DNA of 64,000 nt from assembly GCF_052425735.1 (NCBI RefSeq), contig NC_135760.1, positions 13,392,001 to 13,456,000 on the forward strand. Reading direction: 5' to 3'. Position 1 is the first letter of the stretch. Each line of letters begins with the position of its first letter. Shown piece after piece: positions 56,301 through 64,000 of this stretch. The position numbers and the translations under genes were made by a program. The notes beneath the pieces were generated by a model. The model was not told the origin of the DNA. It did no database searches and saw only the letters and a program-made list of their open reading frames with translations. The stretch is from Oculina patagonica (taxonomy: Eukaryota).

Positions 56301-59255
56301 GTAAGCTGAGTGACAGACTATCATAACTGTCAAACTTCACTGGACACTAAATAACAATCAACAGAAATACAAGAATATCAAAAATTATTTACATACTACA
56401 TCTATACATTATTGCATGTTTAAATCACAGTGCAAAGCTACAATCATTGGCAAAAGTCATTGGCCCACCCACCCCTCCCCCCATTCCCCACGTTTCAGTG
56501 TTGGATAGCGCAATGTGCCCAAACTCCTCGTGCAGTGCGTTTCAGTTTGTAAGCAAAAGTAGGCAGCAATTGAAGGCATTATTTTTTTTGTATGCTACGC
56601 AACATTGCAAAGGGGGAGAGGAGAAATTTCTTAACTTTTTCATGTTTCAAGTAAGAAAAACACCAACTGCTCCAAGGTTTTGTCAATGATTGTAAATATC
56701 TTACATAATTATTAGTGGCAGTGTTATTTCTATGACTTTGTAATTTACCTTTGTTCCACATTGCTTACACACCAACTGGCTTGCCAACAAGCCATGGAAT
56801 GGTAGATGAGGTTTATTACAGTCTTTTGTGAGGGGCACTAAAATGATAAATTCACATTTTAGTAACAAACTTGTACTTACATTACTTTCACTGTAATCTG
56901 ACTTTCATAACTTGGATTCAGTTCAGAACCAAATACATTTCATTAAAATTCACAAGTTGTAGTGTACCTTTGTTTCTGTGTACCATGGATTTGTCGTCAG
57001 TTGAATCATCATGTGTCTGTAAAACAGAGACCAGCACTTACTGTAAACACTCACATAGCTTTTAAAGGTCATTCCTTAGTATTGCATTGTACTTCTCAAA
57101 CTCATTAATAATTCATCAAGTAAAACAAAGAAAATTATAACCGTGACAGTGGTTTGGAAACCCGACCTTAATTAGCATAGATTTTTACGATTTTATTTCT
57201 CCGTTTACTCCGTAGTTTTTGTTTCGATTGAGAAGATATATCACTTGAAACACTCGAGACAGTGTTTCATTGGCTATCCAAACACCTCGAATTTCGTCAA
57301 AAATACTCCGCTGCGCATCGTATATTTTCAACTCTCTTCTCCGTGTTTGGATATCCCAATGAAACACTGCCTCTCATGTTTGATATATTACATCCTGTAC
57401 TGTATAGCTGATATTATAAGGAATTATGGGGCATATTCAAGGTCTTCCTACTCCCAATCTAAAACCGGGACCCCTCTTTTTTATTTAAAAAAGAAGTTCC
57501 CTTGAGATGAACAACCAGTTGGAGAAGTTTGAATGAAAACCTACTGTCAGTTCTATTTTGATGGAATGACCTGAAATCTTGATCTCATATAGTTTTTTTG
57601 CTTTTTAATTAGGCTTTTAATATTTTCTAATTAGGTTTTTTTAAATAAATTTCTGTTTGTGAATGTTTTTATACTTAGCTATTTTTAAGAGGGCAACAAG
57701 TTCCTTAGTGTTACCCTTACTAAATTAACTTTGATTTCATTTGATGACATTTTATCTTTGAAAAGACAGGGAGACCTCATCCAGTAAAACCAAAAAAAAT
57801 ATGTTGTTGACCTAGAGTATTTACAAATTTCATTACCACTCACCTCAACTGTGGCAATATCACTCAGATTCATTACACCTGCTGGCTCATCCTACGAGTT
57901 AAATTAGTACATTACATTTATTATGCACATAATTATATAAAGAGCATGACTATTCCTAAGCAACCACTTTCTTTTTTACTGAAAAATATAAGAGGTTGTT
58001 AGGTGTTTTTTTTTGTTTTTTTTTTTTTTTTTTTTATTCTCCCTTAATTTCAACATGAACATTAAACAAGTTTTTGTTTGATGGACTGTTATGATATTAT
58101 TATAATTATGAGATAATTTAGTAAGAACTGGTAAACACCGTACAATAAAATTATACAGTTATACAGGCAAGATTTCAGAAAATATTGGTAGGAACAAATA
58201 AAAGTCATCCTCACCATTTCATCCTCAAGAGTGGAGGAAAGAACATGAAATAATTCATGGGCATCCTGTGAATAAAACAAATGTTGTCAATTCCACAGCT
58301 GCACAGCAATGTCTTTAATAAAAATACTGGTTTGTCACTGACAGGAGTTGAAAATGAAAATAATTACCTGTATATGACATTATATAGAGCCCCATGCATG
58401 ACAATGTTTACCATGTATTCCTTAAAACAAAAGCAATAGTACATGGATATGGTATCAGTGGCAGATCCAGACCTTCAGATAAAGGGGGGGGGGGGGGGGC
58501 AACATCATGACCCTAGAATAAGGGGGAGGGGGTGCTATCAAAAATAATTTTTCTCAGCCCTTTGGGCCTCAACTTGTTCTAAGCATGGCCTCCCAGACCC
58601 CTCCCCTAGATCTGCCACTGGGTATTTATTCTTCTGTTACCTACTGACCTGCTGTTCTGTAGGTATTACCCAGCCATGCGAAATAAGTGCATTTAACACA
58701 GGGTCAGGACAAATGATGTCTTCTCCATCCAGACAACCACTGTTTAAAGCTGAAAATGATTTAATAAAGTAAGTCAATAAATATTAATATACCTTCAGAA
58801 ATTAGTTCCGGTTAGTTACAGTGCACTCCAGTCTAGTTCCAGAAGTTGGCTGGATAACAGTTCAAACGGAAAAAAAAAAAAACCTTTTTAAAGATGAATT
58901 CCAGTCCGTACTGCGCAATCACGGCTGCAATGTTTATGTGAGCCTCACACGAAGAAATGTTTACAAGCAAAACTAAAAATTCCGTGACAAACTTACCTTT
59001 TTCTTCATTATTAGCACCAGATATCATTGCAGAACAAATAATAACGAGTAGAAGAACCTTGACGCTATTTCAAACCGACGTTTCAGCTCATCGGGAATTC
59101 TTAAACTAAACGAACCGTAATGGCGGACTAAAAAACTTCATGTATGCTGTCACCGAAGTGTAACGTTTCAACGAATTCAAAACAAAAACAAAAACAAACC
59201 CCGAGTCTGCGCAGTACGAACTGGAAATCAGCTTTAAAAACGTCTCGCTGTAAGT

Positions 59256-59292
<37 letters not shown>

Positions 59293-61651
59293 GGTGTTTA
59301 TAGTGGTCATGCACTTAGCTTCATGTCTCTACGAGATAGCTAGTTTACAGGCATGCCACTGAAACAGAGGAAACAAATATTTTTAAATGAATACAACAAG
59401 TTTAAAAATCCCAACTGGCAGGAGGCAGACCAGTTGGCTATATACAAAGCGTGGTCAAGGATTTGAACTCAGGACAACCGAGAAACAAATCTAGCTAGTG
59501 GCCAGGGCAGGTCATGAACCGGAGACCTCTGGATTACAATACCAGCGCCCCAAACCACTCAGCCATGCTTGCCTCCTATAAGTGTTTCCCAGTACACACT
59601 TTTTATAATCACTTGATTTTAATGTACAAACCTTTTACTAGTGTTTTTAACTCCATTGCTAAGCTTGATAAAGGTTTACCATCTTCATCAGCAGAAAAAT
59701 CCTGTAACCAGGCCACAAATGACGGCAAAAATGCAATTCCCTAAAATATGAAGATTAAAACGTAAATATTCCACCTGTACTGGAAATGGTACACATTGGT
59801 TAAATCACATGTACACATCACACATCACTAAACCATACAAACCTGTAATATAGAATTCATAAAACAAGTGTTGCCAAGATTCATGAGACCAGGAGGACGA
59901 TCTGGTGATAAGCAAAGCAACAGTCTCACTAAATTTTCAGGTAAAATTGAAATACTGTAAGTTATGAAATTGACTATGCAATATTTGTAATTGGGGGGGG
60001 GGGGTGGGTTCCATATGCTTCTCCCAGTTTCTGTAGCATTAAGTGGCTAGGGGTAATTGTAATCCCACCTGGATAGTGGAGGGGGACAGGGGGGCGGGAG
60101 ACCGGGAGAAAAGGGGCGGGAATTAGGAGAAGAGAGGGCGGAAAGTAGGATTCCTAAGGTGGCGGGAACCGGGAGAAAACAAGTAAATTTTGCAATGTTC
60201 GTTATATTTTGCAATAGATATGGGACAAAGAGGAGGGAACCAGTACGGAAAGGGGCGGGAAGCAGGAGTAAGAGGTACGGGAGGTGGGAGGTTCATACCC
60301 CCCTGTCCCCACCCACTGGTTAGGATGCTAGTTCTTCACAGGGTTAACTCCTGGCATCTGGGCTCGGTTGTTCAAAGCACGATTAAGCTAATCCAGGATT
60401 AGCGTGAATTTGGTTTCAATTTTCAAGAGAAATTAAAACCTCGATCATCTTTTAATCCTGGGTTAGCGTTAATCGCCTTTCGAACAACCCGGCCCTGATG
60501 TCCAAGTAGACATCTTACTCATTACGAGGGATTGCCACCACCCACCACCCCCTGGCACCATTTTGATGGTACCTATTTATACACCTGGATGTAGAGGGCC
60601 ACTTTGAGAGTTACGTGTCTTGCCCAAGAACACAACATAATGACCCTGGCCAGGGTTTGAACCTGGATGGCTTGATCCAGAGTCCAGCACGCTACCAACA
60701 AAACTTTAGGCAACCATGCCTCCCACAAATAAACTGCATTAAGAACACATAAAAAGGGTCTCTCTATCGTGGTTTGGGTTGGTTCGTGTCAGGCCGCCCT
60801 CCTAAATAAACTTATTTGTCCTATAGCTGTGTGCTTGTTTGTTGTGTAGTGGAGGCAAAATAGGGTCTCTCTAAGAACGTACCATGTGTGAACTGACACA
60901 GGGTGGTGCTGTCTGTAAGGCTCAATGTGCAATTACCTGAATTTTTAATATCTCTATTTATCTCTTAATTGGCTGTGAGCAAACAGCTAATTTTGGATAT
61001 CATGTTAGAGAACCTGCTTTCAGTGTTATGCGCAAAATTAGTGGCTTTCTTTCGACATCCATCTTTCGATGTGCTAAACACACAACATGGATCAAAATGC
61101 ACCATAGCCCTGGATGACCTTTTATTTTTTTTTTTTTTTTTCGGTGTTAGGGTTAGGGTAAGATAGCTATGATCGTAACACTTAAAGCGGGTGTTAAGTA
61201 TAATTTGAGCATGGTCACATATCTCCTGGGATTCCAGTAAGTGTTACCAGCCTAACAGTTAGCTGGACCTTTAAATCATTCTGAATATCACAAAAACACA
61301 CCCAAAAAAATAATATGGGTGATGTTTTACATAATTTTAGATGACTTGCAAGAGTGATGTGATTTGTGTGCTAGACACTTTTTTAAGTTTCAGTATAAGT
61401 GCTAATGCGTTCTTTATCTCCTTTTTCTTAAGTGAGCTGCAGTCAGCTAAGATTTTGAGGATCAACATTCAAATGATTCAGTGACATGTTGTTCTTTGAT
61501 ACATGTTTTTGCCATTGGCTTTCGAAAGAAAGAAGAAATACTAACCTTTCCTAGGTGCCTTCTTCTTCTTTCCATTAGGAGCCAAAAATACATAAAAACT
61601 TGCTCCAATCGCCGCAGCGGCTGCAAACACTGTCACACATCGGCCATCCAT
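53376..61651 (-). CDS. USP30: Ubiquitin carboxyl-terminal hydrolase 30 (mitochondrial outer-membrane USP), multi-exon
   Basis: N-terminal TM (VTVFAAAAAIGASFYVFL); Cys box GLMNLGNTCFMNSILQ (~59845-59900); QQ/DAHELFHVL; PFHGLLASQLVC; LPRCLCIHIQR; His box VHLGTVDNGHYVTYRR...SD...AYMLFYER. Confidence 0.9.
54249..54407. mobile_element. Small Tc1/mariner-type MITE
   Basis: TA|CAGTTAAACCCGGTTATTTCGAA ... TTCGATATAACGGCGTTCAACTG|TA. Confidence 0.65.
58456..58620. mobile_element. MITE with CAGTGGCAGATC TIRs
   Basis: CAGTGGCAGATC ... GATCTGCCACTG, flanked by GGTAT on both sides. Confidence 0.6.
59390..59576 (-). mobile_element. tRNA-derived SINE with a Nin-like domain
   Basis: Minus strand TGGCTGAGTGG...GGTTCATGACC (A/B boxes) and CAACTGGTCTGCCTCCTGCCAGTTGGGATT. 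Confidence 0.6.
60560..60723 (-). mobile_element. CORE-type SINE fragment
   Basis: Minus strand GGTTCAAACCC B-box followed by TTCTTGGGCAAGACACGTAACTCTCA (CORE-like). Confidence 0.55.
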
Positions 61652-61758
61652 GCTTCTTTCTCTTTGCTGTAATCTTCTGGCATTTTTGGATATCATTACA
61701 CGAGGTAGTTTTCTGTTTTGGCGCGAAACGCTGGACACTAGTGGGAGAAAAAACAAAG
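61652..61758. promoter_or_regulatory. Bidirectional promoter/5' UTR region shared by USP30 and PRKRIP1
   Basis: The divergent start codons are only 107 nt apart. Confidence 0.6.
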
Positions 61759-62531
61759 ATGGCGGACGAAAGTGATGCAAAGGATACAAAGAAAAAACCT
61801 TCAGAAAAGCCTACTGTTCCTCGCAGTGCAACAGAAATACAGAAGCTTAAGTTAGAGAAGCTTATGAAGGATCCTGTAAGTTATAATTTGGTAAAAGTTC
61901 TTTGTTAAAGGAGTCGGTAGAACCTTAAAATCGGTACTGTTTTGGTCAATTAACTTTAATAATTAAATGGAAAGCAAATGATGTACTATGTGCTTTGCAG
62001 GATAAACCGGTGTCAATTCCCGCTGGTCCAAAGCAATGGAAACCATCAGAGGCGCCTGAATTTATTCGTTTTGTTATGGGTAGGTTTTGTCGCTGATTTT
62101 AAAGTACTGATTAGCTTTGTATTGTCAGCTCAGTGGCTAGGGTCAGTTGAGAATACCTACCATACAATTCCTACATACACATACATAGCATACCGGTAGT
62201 TCATTTTGCAAAGCAGCTACCGAAGCCTGCTCTTAATGAACCAGTCTGACTGCTGGACAAGTTTTAAAGCAAACAAACAAACAAAGTTTTAAAGAAAAAA
62301 TGATTTGTAAACACAAAAGAAAGTTTATACTGGGGAAAGCTGTGGTATTTTCTTGCACAAAATTGATATCATAAACAGTGTGTTTTTCTACTTTGAAATG
62401 TTGGTAGTTATAAAAGATACTCTGATCCAGAACTGAAGTGAGACACTTCTGAACCCCAGTTTAAATCATTTTGAACCAGTATGTCCCCCCCCCTCCCCCA
62501 GCCCACCCCCACTTAGCTTAGGCTTATGATT

Positions 62532-62577
<46 letters not shown>

Positions 62578-63780
62578 GGGGGGGGGGGGGAGGGATTACA
62601 CCAGTTTTTTTTTCAATAAGACCATAAATTGATTTAACTGATTCCAAGTCATCATAAACTGAGAGCAAGTTTCACTCTTCATTTGTCAGGTTCTAGTGCT
62701 GGAGCTGGTAGTGGAGAGTTCCATGTTTATCGTGCAACAAGGCGGAGAGAGTATAATAGGATGGCATACATTGAAAAGACAGCAGAACAAGTATGAGTTG
62801 GTCAACTGTTATATTTAATAGACTAGCTCTAGCCATTAGCCTCTATTCTCAGTACCTCTTTTATCCAACTTAGGAAAATGTCTCCCCCAAGTGCCATTTA
62901 ACAATTTGACAAAATAATATTGAATGTTTGTCATGATCAAAACAGTCGAGACGTATGATATAATTTTATGACAACTAAAAAGCTGTATTTCATTTAGTGC
63001 CAGAGTTGGAAAATAAAGGTTTCATATTTATGAAGTGTTAAAGGTAGATGTGCTCGAAAGGGAATGTGGTGAATTTTTTGCCTATGGGCCTTTAGTTTTG
63101 AACAAACACATAGGCGTCGGGGCAGGGGGGCTGAAGCCCCAAGCCACAGCCCCCCAAACAAAAATTTAGGGAGGCTTAGCCCCCCCACGTTTTGGTGCCG
63201 AAAATATTGCAAGCGCAGCATAAAATTAGTTTGTCAAGATGTTCCATCATATGAGTGAGTTTAAACATCTTCGAAACTTCCTTGGAAGTCTTCAGGAAGC
63301 TTTGGTTATCTTCGGAAAAGTTCGTGATTAAGGATTAGAAATGTTTGTATGGCCTTCGAACAACAATTGGAAAATCTTCGGAAATCTTCAGCCTAGAAAC
63401 TGCTCAGAAATCAAAAAGTTGCTAGAATGGAAAAAAGTTACTTTAAATATGTAAACCTGCTGAGCATTTTTGGGACAGTCTTAGTCCCCCCACGTTCCCA
63501 AATGCTTCCCCACCTCTGAAACAGGAGGGGGGTGGGGGCAGGGTCTCATTCAAGTTTTAAGTTAACCAGCTTAGGACTATTTTCAACAGTTTCGTAACAT
63601 AACATTTCCTGATTTTTAAGTTTTGAAGTCTGCCATTAGTTCATCTATTATTCCTGCTAGCAATATCTGCTCCTTCCTTTTTTGTGGTTTTCAGCAAGAA
63701 CTTGATGAAAGTTATCGCAAAAAGCTTGAAGAACACAAGAGTCAAGCAGAAGAGAAAACAGCTAAAAAGAGAGCTAAAAG
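61759..63780 (+). CDS. PRKRIP1: PRKR-interacting protein 1 (spliceosome C* factor, DUF1168), partial; exons 61759-61875, 62001-62079, 62690-62790 and 63695-63780, continuing past the window
   Basis: [16 protein letters not shown]...[29 protein letters not shown]...KTAKKRAKR. Confidence 0.92.
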
Positions 63781-64000
63781 GTGAAACATTTTGCACGTCA
63801 ATATAATTTGTTTTTTTATTTTTCACTCGTTGTCTAGGAAAAATGTTTTGACACCACACAGGTCTAATGCACATGCTATTTTCACGTGTTTCAGCATCTC
63901 ACATGGCTTGTGCTTCTTCTTTAGTCTGTAGTCGTAACTTGAGTAAATGCCTGGCATGGCTGTCTCTAACAAATTGCTTGTTAGTGTTTCTATCAATGCA

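Noticed and set aside
59074-59097. Hammerhead-like string on the minus strand (CCGATGAGCTGAAACGTCGG)
   Set aside because: The core reads CCGAUGA rather than CUGANGA, and there is no room for stem II.
59257-59290. (AAT)n here, and other microsatellites or homopolymers (11013-11059 GAT, 55882-55915 AAT, 62532-62590 T/G runs)
   Set aside because: Ordinary simple repeats; long homopolymer lengths may also be unreliable.
61146-61162. TTAGGG telomere-like repeats
   Set aside because: Only about two units; too short to call an interstitial telomere.

Overview
Eukaryotic (animal) genomic DNA. The SINE and MITE types and the gene structures suggest a cnidarian, probably a stony coral (inference only). 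Six intron-containing host genes are present: MPST-like sulfurtransferase, FBXO21, SRSF3-like, a four-TM membrane protein, USP30 and a partial PRKRIP1, with many MITEs, SINEs and LINE pieces in between. The main feature is a full-length 18,260-bp Polinton/Maverick (adintovirus-like endogenous virus) at 22672-40931. It has AGTAGT...ACTACT termini, ~290-bp TIRs and a 6-bp AGTTTT target-site duplication, and it is nested in an older hAT-type MITE. It encodes protein-primed PolB (split by one extra base), a packaging ATPase, penton, major capsid protein, adenain protease, PLA2, an integrase-chromodomain, a fiber-like protein and accessory genes. Most notable observations: (1) the integrase has no usable AUG and lies in the -1 frame behind an in-phase A_AAA_AAC slippery site followed by a predicted H-type pseudoknot, which suggests a retrovirus-like -1 ribosomal frameshift fusing a virion PLA2 protein to integrase; (2) a parallel -1 arrangement links a core protein to the protease; (3) a PolB/ZnF/HNH block appears to have been swapped in, leaving paralogous gene stubs at both borders; (4) there is a VLTF3-like transcription factor and two classes of promoter motif; (5) an adenovirus pVI-like protein ends in GVKRRR. 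A ~4.4-kb Sola3-like element with ~1.15-kb TIRs contains a Penelope-type hammerhead ribozyme motif. All homology calls were made by eye from motifs; no searches were run.
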